Below, piece after piece: positions 1 to 11,473 of a stretch of DNA of 64,000 bases. The stretch spans positions 9,734,001 to 9,798,000 of the forward strand of contig JBHGNT010000007.1 in assembly GCA_043228905.1 (NCBI GenBank), given 5' to 3'. This stretch comes from Azolla caroliniana (taxonomy: Eukaryota; Plantae; Polypodiophyta). A program made the translations under genes and the position numbers. Position 1 is the first letter of the stretch. Each line of letters opens with the position of its first letter. Below the pieces are notes generated by a model. That model did not search any database. It had not been told where the DNA came from and saw only the letters and a list, made by a program, of their open reading frames with translations.

Positions 1-8
1 AGAAGGGG

Positions 9-2708
9 ATGAAGAGGCTTGCCGAAGACAACCTGATACCGGTAAAGCATTTACACTTGGGGAAGTGTACCGACTGTCTGGCCGGTAAGCAAAACCGGAC
101 CTCCTTCCACTCAAGGCCACCGACGAGACGTAGCGCACCATTGGAGTTGGTGCACACTGACGTGTGTCAAGTAGAAACGAAGTCACATGGCGGAGCCCAG
201 TACTTCGTGACATTCATTGATGACCACAGCCGGAAGCTGTGGACGACAACGTTGAAGACAAAGGACCAAGTGTTGTGCGTCTTCAAAGAACTCCACGCGA
301 GAGTGGAAAGAGAATCCGGCAAGAAGCTGAAAGCGATACGAGCGGATAACGGAGGGGAATACCGGGGGCAGTTCGCGGAGTACTGTCGCTCGAAGGGAAT
401 CCGGCTTGAGTTTACTGTGCCGAAGACGCCGGAACTGAACGGGCTGGCCGAGAGGATGAACCGGACCATAATGGAGAGGGTCCGGAGTATGCTAGCACAT
501 GCGAAATTACCCAAGGGATTTTGGGCTGAGGCAATGTCGACGGCGACATATGTGATAAATAGATCACCCTCAGTACCCCTGGATGGAGACACGCCACAGA
601 GAGTGTGGACCGGTAGGGAAGTATCCTACCGGCATCTGAAGGTGTTCGGATGTCTCGCATATGTGCATGTGGCAAAGGACCGGAGAGGAAAGCTAGATCC
701 AAAGACCCGGCCATGCATATTCCTCGGTTACGGCGACGACGAGTTCGGCTACCGAGTATGGGACCCGGTCGACAAGAAGATATTCAGGAGTCGTGATATC
801 ATCTTCATGGAGGACAAGACACTCGCCGACTGGGAGTCGGAGAAGAAGATGAAGAGCTCCAAGTCGACCGGTGAGAATCAACTCTACGAAGAGCAGTCCC
901 GACCGGCAAGGGACCGGTTAGCACTCGAGGATCCGGCCGAAGACGGTGAAGAAACAGAACCGGCCGAGGAAGATGAAACTGATACTGGAACCGGCCCCGA
1001 TCCCGAAATGGATTCGGATGAAGAGGAAACGGAGGAGCCGGTTACCGAAGCTCCGGAACGGAGATATCCTCTAAGAGAGAGAAGGGCCCCCCGGAGATTT
1101 CTGGAACCAGAGCACGTGCTGCTAACCGACAAGGGGGAGCCGGAGAGTTTTGAAGAAGCAAAGCTTGACACCCATAGCCGCAGGTGGTTAAGTGCCATGC
1201 AGGAGGAGATGGATTCCCTGCATGAGAACCACACATATGAACTTGTGGAGTTGCCGAAAGGAAAGCGGGCGCTTTGAAACAAGTGGGTGTTCAAGCTGAA
1301 ACCGGGAGATGCCGGAAACCCCCCGAGATACAAAGCCAGGATCGTGGTGAAGGGGTTCCAGCAGAAGAAGGGCGTCGACTTCGACGAGATATTTGCCCCG
1401 GTAGTGAAGATGACCTCCATCCGGATGGTGCTGAGCATAGCGGCAAGCATGGACCTCGAGGTAGAACAGATGGACGTGAAGACGGCATTCCTTCACGGTG
1501 ACCTCGAAGAAGAGATCTACATGCAGCAACCGGAAGGATTCGAGAAGAAAGGGAAGGAGCACCTGGTATGCCGGTTGAAGAAGAGCCTTTACGGACTGAA
1601 GCAGGCTCCCCGGCAATGGTACCGGAAGTTCGACTCTTTCATGACCGACGAAGGGTATCACAAAACGCAGTCCGATCACTGCGTGTTTGTGAAGAAGTTC
1701 GAAGGAGGAGACTTCCTAATACTCCTCCTGTACGTGGACGACATGTTGATCGTCGGACGAGACCAGGTCAAGATACGGATGCTGAAGAAAGCGCTTCACC
1801 GAACCTTCTCAATGAAGGACCTGGGTCCGGCGAGGCAAATACTCGGGATGCACATCATCCGGAACCGGAAGAAGAAGCAGTTGTGGCTGTCACAGGAGAA
1901 GTAAGTGACAAAGGTGCTTCACCGGTTCAACATGTCGGAAGCAAGACCGGTCGGGTCAACCCTCCCGGCAAACTGCAAGTTGCCCAGCAAGCAAAGCCCC
2001 AAGACAAAGGCTGCAAAGGAGGACATGATGAAAGTACCATACGCCTCTGCCGTCGGAAGCTTGATGTACGCAATGGTGTGTACAAGACCGGACATAGGAT
2101 ATGCAGTCGGAGTGGTTAGCCGGTACATGAGCAATCCCGACAAAGAACACTGGAACGCGGCCAAGTGGATACTCCGATACCTGAAGGGCACGGCAAACGT
2201 GTGCCTCCGATTCGGCTCCGGTAAGCCCGAACTCGACGGCTTTACCGATTCGGATATGTCGGCTGATGCAGATACCAGCCGGTCCACATCAGGGTATGTG
2301 ATGACGTATGCAGGGGGCGCTGTTTCGTGGCAGTCGAGGCTGCAGAAGACGGTTGCATTGTCAACCACGGAGGCGGAGTACATGGCGGCTGTTGAAGCCG
2401 GCAAGGAAATGATATGGATGAAGGACTTCATTAGAGAGCTCGGTATCCGGCAGGAGGAGTACCGACTCTACTGCGACAGTCAGAGTGCCATCCACCTTGC
2501 GAAGAACGCGGCCTATCACTCCCGGACGAAGCACATCCAGCGAAGATATCACTGGATCCGGGAAAGGATAGAAGACCAGGAGTTCGTGCTGACGAAGATC
2601 CACACGGACGAGAACGGGTCAGATATGCTGACCAAAGTGCTCACACCCGACAAACTGGAAGCGTGCCGGAAGAGGGTCGGACTGGAAAGACATCCCATGC
2701 CGAAGTGA
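9..2708 (+). pseudogene. copia pol (GAG-pre-integrase end, integrase, RT, RNase H), disrupted
   Basis: Three consecutive ORFs: 9-1277, 1287-1904, 1905-2708. Frameshift near 1275 in the 'RAL..KWVFK' motif and an in-frame TAA at 1902-1904. Confidence 0.92.
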
Positions 2709-2740
2709 AGGGGGAGTTTGTTGGGATTACGGTCCCTCCG

Positions 2741-3194
2741 TGTTACGGGCATGACCATATAATATCCCGTGGTAAGAATTTACCGTAGTATTCTATACAC
2801 GTGGATAAGTGTGAGGGTTAAATGAGAGTGTAAAGAAGGGGAGGATTACTTTTAATCCTCGGGATTGAGACAACCCATTAGGTCAAGTGTGAACTTGCCT
2901 GGGGGCCTTGGGTATCGCTATAAATAAGAGGCCTAGCTACCCTCATTTGATCATCTTTTGACTACATCGAGACTCTGCTCGTGTGGTGGGTCAACTCTTG
3001 TAGCGAGCGCGCCAGCACCAGGTACGACTCGACGCCACGGCGGTGGTATGGGACGCCGATCGAGGCTCGAGTCCGTCTCGATCCCTTCGCTCGGGGGTGG
3101 TCGGGTGGATCGGCACCCTTCTTTCTCTTTCTCCTTTCTATCTTCAATTCTTTATCCTTATCTTAAGCTTACATTAGTGCTATGATCTATAATA
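2741..3194 (+). repeat. 5' LTR of the chromovirus
   Basis: TGTTACGGGC...CTATAATA. TATAAATA at 2919-2926. Direct repeat of 8081-8534. Confidence 0.95.
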
Positions 3195-3660
3195 TTTGGT
3201 CTCGAGTTCAAATATGACCAAGACCATACAACATCCTTGATACATATGACTATAACACATGTTTAGACTTAAGGTCTAAGTGCACCTCGGGGTCCTCGTA
3301 ATAGGACTTAAAGAGCCGAAACCACTTATGTGGGCACCGAAACATAGTTTATTGTTAACATTTTTTTCGTGTATAAACTATTCATGACGCGAACATACAT
3401 GGTTGAGCCTCGGGGAGCCACCATGAAAAAATCGATATAGAGATCAGGGAAAGACATTTATTTGTCACCCCCATGGTTTTTAAAACACCTTTGTGTTACC
3501 ATAGTAACCTGATCTTGAACCTCATCTCATACGTCTAGAGGGGTATTGACGTGAGATAATGATATCGATTAATGCTCGCCCATGATATGTTTACATCACG
3601 ACATGATGTTATGACTATATCTCTGACCTTATCCTATTTCTTTTCCAGAAATAATCTTTA

Positions 3661-4779
3661 ATGGCTCAAATTAACGACCCGATGTCATCCGCTCAAGCGG
3701 AAGGAACTCAAGGGAATCCTCCTGGACAAATGTCCACTGAGATGTATTTGGCACAAATAACCCAATTCCTTAGTTTCACCGCTCAACAGATGACCGAACT
3801 TCGGCAATCTCAGAGTGCTCTTGAGGCACGTGTCATTAGTCTACAACGTGAGACTAATAGACCTGATGAGCGACAAGGTGAACCATCATTTGTCGTTAAG
3901 CCATTTACGGGAGACAAAAAGGAAAGAACCGAAGAAGCAATCTGCACATGGCTGGGACGATGGGAGTCTCATTTTGAGCTCTATCCCACGCCAGATAGTA
4001 CGAAGATTGCATATGTCGGTCGAGAACTCGGGGGTAAGGCCGCCGCCTGGTGGCGTGGCCTCCGTACTATGGGGAAATTGCCCGATACCTGGACAGATTT
4101 TGTCACGGTTTTTAAGGGCCAATTTCTGCAACCTCCCTCTCGAACCGAGGCAGCACAAGCTTTAATGAACCTCTCTAGCAGGAAATTTTCCTCGCTAGAA
4201 GACTATGTTCACCATGCTAGAACCCAAATCCAAAAATCGGGTCTAGAAGGGGACAATTGGTTGATAGCTTGTTTTGTCAATGGCATCCCCAATTCGGACT
4301 ATCACTGGATAGTGCATGATAAGGATCCAAAATCCTTCGAAGAGGCCGTTGAAATAGTTCTTCGCTACCAACGCACTTCGAAGAAGGACCATAACAAACC
4401 CAACGAAGCGCCCGGGACTAAGCAGTTGCAATTTGTTGGGAAACGCAAGACACCCAACGAATTCCTGGATCGCGATTGTAAGCGACAACATCCTTTTTGT
4501 GTATTCTGCAAAAAGAAGGGTCATACAAAAGATCAATGTCGAAAGCTCCAACGAAAAGAGCACGACGCCAAAGCTAAAGCTGCAGACCATAAAGGTCAGA
4601 TTCCTAATGTCCTTCAGGTCTATACACACCATTTAAGTAATTGTCAATGTTCTTTCCCTCACTATGTATTGGGTCCCAATGATTTACTACGTGCAAACGG
4701 GTATATCAATGGATCTCGCGTACAATTTTTATTTGATTCGGGAAGCTCACACAATTTTGTGAATGATCGTTTGGTTTAG
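3661..4779 (+). CDS. chromovirus Gag (CCHC zinc knuckle) plus N-terminal part of the aspartic protease
   Basis: 372 aa. Capsid-like region, CVFCKKKGHTKDQC knuckle and LFDSGSSHNF protease motif. Ends at a TAG that is in frame with the downstream pol ORF. Confidence 0.88.
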   Translation: MAQINDPMSSAQAEGTQGNPPGQMSTEMYLAQITQFLSFTAQQMTELRQSQSALEARVISLQRETNRPDERQGEPSFVVKPFTGDKKERTEEAICTWLGRWESHFELYPTPDSTKIAYVGRELGGKAAAWWRGLRTMGKLPDTWTDFVTVFKGQFLQPPSRTEAAQALMNLSSRKFSSLEDYVHHARTQIQKSGLEGDNWLIACFVNGIPNSDYHWIVHDKDPKSFEEAVEIVLRYQRTSKKDHNKPNEAPGTKQLQFVGKRKTPNEFLDRDCKRQHPFCVFCKKKGHTKDQCRKLQRKEHDAKAKAADHKGQIPNVLQVYTHHLSNCQCSFPHYVLGPNDLLRANGYINGSRVQFLFDSGSSHNFVNDRLV

Positions 4780-7700
4780 ATATGGGGAATCCAACCCACC
4801 GTAAGTGATCACACCTACACGGTGCACTTGGCTGATGGAAGAGTACAATACATCAACGGGGCGATTCATTCATTAGGAATTTCTATTGATACTTATATAG
4901 AGGAAGTAGACTTCCATGTAATGAATCTTTGTACCACCGATGTAATACTGGGTTATCCCTGGTTTTATAATAAAAACTCTTCTTTATTGATTGATTGGGT
5001 TCGTCATTCCATTTCTTTTGTACTGAACGATTGTACGCATTTTATTCAGTGTGTAAAAAAACAATCCCTCTCGATTGTTTCCTCGTGTCCATCAATATCC
5101 GAGTTGTCTTGTTCTACGTTATTTTATTGTGTACTTGATCCGGACATTCACGTTTACAATATCGATAATGTCCCGATTCAATTAACATATTTTGAACAAC
5201 AACAACTTGATGAAATCTTAAATGATTTTCATGATGTTTTTCCAAGTGAACTACCTGATGGGTTACCTCCTAAACGTAATATAGACCATCGTATAGATAT
5301 TGTACCTGGTGTTGCACCAATAAGTATACCTCCGTATCGCTTAAGTCGATCCGAAGAAGATGAGGTATCTAAGCAACTCAAGGACTATTTACGAATGGGT
5401 TATATACGTTATAGTAAATCTCCATGGGGTGCACCTGTTCTCTTGGTTAAAAAGAAAGAGGGCACATGGCGTATGTGTATTAATTACCGACGCTTGAATA
5501 AAGTGACGATCAAGAATTCGTACCCATTGCCCCGGGCTGACGATCTAATTGACCGTCTCCAGGGAGCTCGGTATTTTACGAAACTTGATCTCCGTACTGG
5601 CTACCATCAAATACGAATAAGTGAGGACGATGTTCCTAAAACGACATTTCGTACGCGCTATGGCCATTACGAGTTTTTGGTTATGCCTTTTGGTTTGACC
5701 AATGCTCCGGCTACTTTTCAACAAGAAATGAATGACATTTTCCGAGAACAACTTGGAAAATTTGTCGTTATTTTCTTGGATGATATTTTAGTTTATAGCC
5801 GTACATTACAAGAACATGCTAGACATGTCCGCTTTGTTTTACAAACATTGCGTGACAAACAGTTTTATGCGAAGATCTCAAAATGTGAGTTCTTCAAGAA
5901 ATCAATTACTTATCTAGGACATCTCATAACCGAACGAGGAGTTGAAATTGATCCTTCTCGCATTGAGAAAATCAAGCTTTGGCCCACTCTTCGGAATATT
6001 CGAGAAGTTCGATCATTCCTTGGTTTTGTGGGGTTTTTGCGAAAGTCTCTTCGTAATTACTCCCAATTGACGACGCCGTTTACTGATCTTTTAAAAGGTC
6101 AAACGCGTAAGTCTACAAAACCTATTGTGTGGAATGCTACACTAGACCTTGCCTTTAAGGAACTCAAGGACCTGGTTTGCAAGGCTCCTTCACTTCTTTT
6201 ACCCGATCCTTCAAAACCTTTTGAGGTTGAAACCGATGCAAGCGATTATGCTATAGGTGTTGTCTTGTATCAAGATGGTAAACCAATAGCATTCGAGAGT
6301 AAGAAACTTGATTCTGCTCAATGTCGGTATACCGTTCAAGAAAAGGAATTATTTGCAGTTATACATGCGCTCAAAACATGGCGCCATTATCTTTATGGAA
6401 ATCACTTTGTGGTAACTACGGACCACGAGTCCTTGAAATATTTTTGTGACCAACAAGACCTGAAAGGTCGTAAGGCACGATGGGCTGATCTCATCCAGGA
6501 CTTTGATTTTTCCATACGATATCGTAAAGGTTCCATGAACATTGTCGCTGATGCACTAAGTCGCATCCGTGAAGTTAACACGCTTAGCTTCACTGAAATA
6601 TCATCAGATCTTTATGATCACCTTCGAGGAAAGTATCCTGATGACAGTTATTTTGCAAAATACTGGGCAAGAGTTGAGTCTGGAACAGACACCACCACAT
6701 CCTCGAAGGAATACTTCCACATTGCTAACGGTTTGCTCTACCGTAATGGGAAGGTTTGTGTTCCAGATTTACCCGAGGTCAAAAAGAGGATTCTTTTTGA
6801 ATGCCATGATGCACCCTCAGCAGGGCACCCTGGAATACATCGTACACTCGTTCTCATCTCCACTCAATTTTATTGGCCTAAGATGCGTCCTGACATACAT
6901 AGTTATGTGACTAAATGTCACCAGTGTCAGGTTAACAAAGCCGAGCGACTTAAAGCCGCAGGACTTTTACATCCCTTGGACATTCCCAATAATAAGTGGG
7001 AAAGTATATCCATGGATTTTATTGTTAGCCTTCCTCGCACCCAAAAAGGTCATGATGCCATCTGGGTTGTCGTTGATCGACTAACTAAAATGGCCAGATT
7101 TATTGCTACTAAAACCACGGTAACAGCTCCTGAATTGGCTTACCAATTCGTTGACGAATTGTTTCATTTTTATGGGTTACCGATGGATATCGTGAGTGAT
7201 CGAGATCCAAAGTTTACTAGTGACTTCTGGACACAAGTCTTTAAGAAGTTAGAAACTACGTTGAGCATGAGCTCCACGGATCATCCTCAATCCGATGGAC
7301 AGACAGAACGAGTAAATCAAATTATTGAGGACATGCTTCGAGCATACGTTGGTGCAAAACCAACAAAATGGGAACGTTATCTCCCAATTTTGGAGTTTGC
7401 TTATAACAGCTCCAAGCATACGTCGACGGGATATAGTCCTTTTATGTTGATGTATGGTTTTCAGCCACGAGCCCCGATTGATGTTACTATACATCATGAT
7501 GAGTTGCGAAGTACGCAAAACTTTCTTCGGGATATGCAAGATATGTTGCATATTGCACGAGATAATATAAAAACAGCTCAAGATAGAGCGCGTTTTTATG
7601 CCGATCATCATAGGCAACCTCGTGTATTCAACCCTGGACAGAAGGTATTTTTACGTGTACCTCACAATTCTAAGACATTGTCTACGGGTAAGTGCGCTAA

Positions 7701-8094
7701 GTTAGCCCCATGGTTTTGTGGACCTTTTACAGTCCTCAAACGCATTGGGTCATCAGCCTATCGTCTCGCTCTTCCCGATGGTGTCGGAATTCATCCAGTC
7801 TTTCATGTGAGTCGTCTAAAAGAACTTCTAGGTTCTGGCGACAATACAGTTACGACTGAAACTCTGGTTACTTCTGAAGAATTATCTTCTAAACCACATG
7901 TACCAGAAAGAATTCTCGATGTTAAAACAAAAAAATTACGTACTAAAGAAATCCGAGAATTCAAAATAAAATGGATGGATAAATCAATAAAAGATGCCAC
8001 ATGGGAACGCGAAAATACTCTTACAACTAACTTCCCTAACTTTCCATTGCAAGAGTGCAATGTTTTAAAGAGGGGGAGTATGTTACGGGCATGA
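4780..8094 (+). CDS. chromovirus Pol (protease C-term, RT, RNase H, integrase, chromodomain)
   Basis: ORF 4822-8094, same frame as gag. Motifs: FLDDIL, ETDASD, HHCC (CHD..GHPG..CHQC), [15 protein letters not shown] and the C-terminal chromodomain PERILD..FKIKW..DATWE. Confidence 0.93.
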   Translation: MWGIQPTVSDHTYTVHLADGRVQYINGAIHSLGISIDTYIEEVDFHVMNLCTTDVILGYPWFYNKNSSLLIDWVRHSISFVLNDCTHFIQCVKKQSLSIVSSCPSISELSCSTLFYCVLDPDIHVYNIDNVPIQLTYFEQQQLDEILNDFHDVFPSELPDGLPPKRNIDHRIDIVPGVAPISIPPYRLSRSEEDEVSKQLKDYLRMGYIRYSKSPWGAPVLLVKKKEGTWRMCINYRRLNKVTIKNSYPLPRADDLIDRLQGARYFTKLDLRTGYHQIRISEDDVPKTTFRTRYGHYEFLVMPFGLTNAPATFQQEMNDIFREQLGKFVVIFLDDILVYSRTLQEHARHVRFVLQTLRDKQFYAKISKCEFFKKSITYLGHLITERGVEIDPSRIEKIKLWPTLRNIREVRSFLGFVGFLRKSLRNYSQLTTPFTDLLKGQTRKSTKPIVWNATLDLAFKELKDLVCKAPSLLLPDPSKPFEVETDASDYAIGVVLYQDGKPIAFESKKLDSAQCRYTVQEKELFAVIHALKTWRHYLYGNHFVVTTDHESLKYFCDQQDLKGRKARWADLIQDFDFSIRYRKGSMNIVADALSRIREVNTLSFTEISSDLYDHLRGKYPDDSYFAKYWARVESGTDTTTSSKEYFHIANGLLYRNGKVCVPDLPEVKKRILFECHDAPSAGHPGIHRTLVLISTQFYWPKMRPDIHSYVTKCHQCQVNKAERLKAAGLLHPLDIPNNKWESISMDFIVSLPRTQKGHDAIWVVVDRLTKMARFIATKTTVTAPELAYQFVDELFHFYGLPMDIVSDRDPKFTSDFWTQVFKKLETTLSMSSTDHPQSDGQTERVNQIIEDMLRAYVGAKPTKWERYLPILEFAYNSSKHTSTGYSPFMLMYGFQPRAPIDVTIHHDELRSTQNFLRDMQDMLHIARDNIKTAQDRARFYADHHRQPRVFNPGQKVFLRVPHNSKTLSTGKCAKLAPWFCGPFTVLKRIGSSAYRLALPDGVGIHPVFHVSRLKELLGSGDNTVTTETLVTSEELSSKPHVPERILDVKTKKLRTKEIREFKIKWMDKSIKDATWERENTLTTNFPNFPLQECNVLKRGSMLRA

Positions 8095-8534
8095 CCATAT
8101 AATATCCCGTGGTAAGAATTTACCGTAGTATTCTATACACGTGGATAAGTGTGAGGGTTAAATGAGAGTGTAAAGAAGGGGAGGATTACTTTTAATCCTC
8201 GGGATTGAGACAACCCATTAGGTCAAGTGTGAACTTGCCTGGGGGCCTTGGGTATCGCTATAAATAAGAGGCCTAGCTACCCTCATTTGATCATCTTTTG
8301 ACTACATCGAGACTCTGCTCGTGTGGTGGGTCAACTCTTGTAGCGAGCGCGCCAGCACCAGGTACGACTCGACGCCACGGCGGTGGTATGGGACGCCGAT
8401 CGAGGCTCGAGTCCGTCTCGATCCCTTCGCTCGGGGGTGGTCGGGTGGATCGGCACCCTTCTTTCTCTTTCTCCTTTCTATCTTCAATTCTTTATCCTTA
8501 TCTTAAGCTTACATTAGTGCTATGATCTATAATA
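8081..8534 (+). repeat. 3' LTR of the chromovirus
   Basis: Identical by eye to 2741-3194 and followed by the TSD CTCCG. Confidence 0.95.
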
Positions 8535-9374
8535 CTCCGGATGGGATGGTCAGATGTCCGGGAAGCCGGATGATGAAGACCCCGGCTACGGAGCCGGATG
8601 ACGAAGACCCCGGCTACGGAGCCGGATGATGAATGTACCCGGAGCGAGGTCCGGATGCGGGGACATATTTGTGAATATGTTTGCCAAGGGCCCTTGAGGC
8701 TATATTTGTAAATAGCCGGAAAGTCATATGTGTATAAATATGACTTAGGGCAAACAGTTGTAGTTGTTGCTCATTTTCTGTTTTCACTTAGAGGGAGCGA
8801 AGTGAGAGCAGCCGAGAGAGAGAGAGAGAGAGAGAAAGGAAGAGGTCGACGCCTCTGTGTAATACCGCCGCCTGTGGCGAGGACAGCGAGCTCAAGGTCG
8901 TCGCCTTGCAGCTCGCCATTGTACATTCCCTGTGTATAGTGATAGTTGGAGTCTTGCACTCCCGTGGTTTTTTTTCCCGTTTAGGGTTTTCCACGCTAAA
9001 TCCTGTGCATTCGAGTCTCTCTCTGTGTTTTGGATTTACTGCTGCACTGACTCGTGTTTCCTCGGTTGTGGCCGAGAGGTGAAGGTTTTGAAACCGTCGA
9101 TTACCTAACAGATAGGACAGTCGGCTTTCACCCGAGCGCCCCGGGTTCAAGTCTTCGCAATGGAAACAACAAGTCTAGTTCAGGTTGGACACATCATAAA
9201 TGAAATAAGTCTCATAATTAACAAATACAAGACACAAAAGCTTGTTGTGCATAATCTACATGTACTCGGTTACAACGGTTGCCTAATCATTGAGGAATCT
9301 TGCGTTTCTGCGATTTATTATTGTAAAGAAGCGATGGTGATGAGAAAGAACCTTTGACTCTATCAACTTTGTAC

Positions 9375-9447
9375 TCCATTGTAGTCTAGTTGGTTACGAT
9401 ACTCGGCTTTCACCCTAGCGACCCGGGTTCAAGTCCCGGCAATGGAA
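9375..9447 (+). tRNA. tRNA-Glu(TTC), 2 substitutions
   Basis: Cloverleaf with one anticodon-stem mismatch. Confidence 0.55.
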
Positions 9448-9836
9448 ACAACAAATCTAGTACATGTGGGAGACATCTTAGACGAAAAAAGGTCTCATAA
9501 TTAACAAATACAAGACATAAAACCTTGTGGTGATATAATCTACATGTAGTGGGTTACAACGGTTGCCTCGAATTCGAAATATCGATACGGATCGAATTTG
9601 AAAGGATAATACCCGTTGAAAAACATAAAACGTCTTATATGACTTGCTAGACCTAAAGCGTCTTTTGTGGATTGCGAATTCAAAATTATGTCTTAGCATA
9701 CATATCTAATTAAATGTTGCCTGGTAGAATTATTCACTCTATTCCTAATCAGTGGGGAATCTTGCCTTTCTGTGATTTATGGTTGTAAAGAATCGATGGT
9801 AATGAGAAAGAGCCTTCAAGATTATCAACTTCGTAC

Positions 9837-9909
9837 TCCATTGTAGTCTAGTTGGTTAGGATACTCGGCTTTCACCCGAGCGACCCGAGTTCAAGTCCCT
9901 GCAATGGAA
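9837..9909 (+). pseudogene. tRNA-Glu(TTC) pseudogene
   Basis: Two T-stem mismatches (CCGAG/CCCTG). Confidence 0.6.
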
Positions 9910-10452
9910 ATATCAAGTCTAGTTTAGGTTGGAGACATCTTAAACGAAAAATCTCTCATAATTAACAAATACAACACATAAAACCTTGTGGTGACATAAT
10001 CTACATGTGGATAGGATAGTCGTCTTTCACCCGAGCGACCCGGGTTCAAGTCTTCCCAATGGACACAACAAGTCTAGTTCAGGTTGGAGACATCTTAGAC
10101 GAAAAAAGTCTCATAATTAACAAATACAAGACATAAAACCTTGTGGTGACATAATCTACATGGAGTGGGTTACAACGGATGCCTCGAATTCAAAATGTCC
10201 ATACGTATCGAATTTGAAAGTATAATATGTGTTGAAAAACCTAAAAAGTCTCATATTACTTACGAAACCTAAAGCGTCTCAGGTTACTTGGGCACTTAAA
10301 ATTAAGTCTTACCATAGACATCTAATTAAATATTGCCTGTTAGAATTATTCACTCTATTCCTAATCATTGTGGAATCTTGCGTTTCTGCGATTTATGGTT
10401 GTAAAGAATCGATGGTGATGAGAAAGAGCCTTCAACTCTATCAACTCTGTAC

Positions 10453-10525
10453 TCCATTGTAGTCTGGTTGGTTTGGATACTCGGCTTTCACCCGAGCGAC
10501 CCGGGTTCAAGTCCCGACAATGGAA
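10453..10525 (+). tRNA. tRNA-Glu(TTC), degenerate
   Basis: D-loop changes and one T-stem mismatch. Confidence 0.45.
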
Positions 10526-10913
10526 ACAACAAGTCTAGTTCAGGTTGGAGACATCTTAGACGAGAAAAGTCTCATAATTAACAAATACAAGACATAAAAC
10601 CTTGTGGTGACATAATCTACATGTAGTGGGTTACAACTGTTGCATCGAATTCAAAATATCCATACATATCGAATTTGAAAGGATAATACGTGTTGAGAAA
10701 CCGAAAAAGACTCATATTACTTGCGAAACCTAAAGCGTGTCATGTTACTTGCGCACTTAAATTTAAGTCTTAGCATAGACATCTAATTAAATCTTGCATG
10801 TTAGAATTATTCACTCTAGTCCTAATCATTAAGGAATCTTGCATTTTTGCGATTTATGATTATAAAGAATCGATGGTGATGAGAAAGAACTTTCAAATCT
10901 ATCAATTCCGTAC

Positions 10914-10986
10914 TCCATTGTAGTCTAGTTGGTTAGGATACTCGGCTTTCACCTGAGTGACCCGGGTTCAAGTCCCGGCAATGGAA
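10914..10986 (+). tRNA. tRNA-Glu(TTC)
   Basis: All stems pair (one G.U in the anticodon stem). A box TAGTCTAGTTGG, B box GGTTCAAGTCC. Confidence 0.8.
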
Positions 10987-11374
10987 ACAACAAGTCTAGT
11001 ACAGGTGGGAGACATCTTAGACGAAAAAAGTCTCATAATTAACAAATACAAGACATAAAACCTTGTGGTGATATAATCTACATGTAGTGGGTTACAACGG
11101 TTTCCTCGAATTCGAAATATCGATACGTATCGAATTTGAAAGGATAATACCCATTGAAAAACATTAAACGTCTTATATGACTTGCTAGACCTAAAGCGTC
11201 TTTTGTCGCTTGCGCATTCAAAATTATGTCTTAGCATACGTATCTAATTAAATGTTGCCTGGTAGTATTATTCACTCTATTCCTAATCAGTGGGGAATCT
11301 TGCGTTTCTGCGATTTATGGTTGTAAAGAATCGATGGTAATGAGAAAGAGCCTTCAAGATTATCAACTTTGTCC

Positions 11375-11473
11375 TCCATTGTAGTCTAGTTTAGGGTTTA
11401 GGGTTTAGGGTTTAGTTGGTTAGGATACTCGGCTTTCACCCGAGCGACCCGGGTTCAAGTCCCGGCAATGGAA
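11375..11473 (+). pseudogene. tRNA-Glu(TTC) interrupted in the D-loop by telomeric repeats
   Basis: Consensus tRNA with 26 extra nt, (TTTAGGG)3TTTAG, at 11390-11415. Confidence 0.9.
11390..11415 (+). repeat. interstitial plant telomeric repeat (TTTAGGG)3+TTTAG
   Basis: Perfect Arabidopsis-type repeats, absent from all sister units. Confidence 0.93.

Larger units (their letters stand above)
2741..8534 (+). mobile_element. Ty3/gypsy chromovirus, full length and very recent, nested in the copia LTR
   Basis: Two 454-bp LTRs (2741-3194, 8081-8534) identical by eye. 5-bp TSD CTCCG at 2736-2740 and 8535-8539. PPT AAAGAGGGGGAG just before 8081. Domain order gag-PR-RT-RH-INT-chromodomain. Confidence 0.97.
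1..9110 (+). mobile_element. Ty1/copia LTR retrotransposon, 3' part (INT-RT-RH, PPT, 3' LTR interrupted by a nested gypsy element)
   Basis: Copia domain order INT (LELVHTDVC, IRADNGGEY, TPELNGLAER) then RT (QMDVKTAFLHG, LLYVDDML) then RH (FTDSD, TEAEY, CDSQSA). PPT GAAGGGGGAG at 2707-2716. LTR starts TGTTGGG (2719) and ends CCTAACA (9110). Confidence 0.95.
2719..9110 (+). repeat. copia 3' LTR (2719-2740 plus 8540-9110), split by the nested gypsy element
   Basis: TG...CA termini with TGTTGGG/CCTAACA inverted ends. Contains a ~28-bp tandem repeat GCCGGATGAYGAAGACCCCGGCTACGGA (~8565-8632), TATAAATA (~8733) and a (GA)n tract (~8814-8835). Confidence 0.85.

Noticed and set aside
2958-3185. Small ORFs in LTRs and antisense ORFs over pol/gag (e.g. 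28275-28931, 47279-48145)
   Set aside because: Shadow frames of GC-rich retroelement sequence with no recognisable domains.
8980-8990. Single TTTAGGGTTT in the copia LTR
   Set aside because: Only one unit within the common LTR U5 'GGGTTTTCCACG' context, so not a telomeric array.
10410-10425. Box C-like GTGATGA upstream of block A tRNAs (tRNA-snoRNA dicistron idea)
   Set aside because: No consistent box D or terminal stem, and the motif is absent from the second monomer subfamily.
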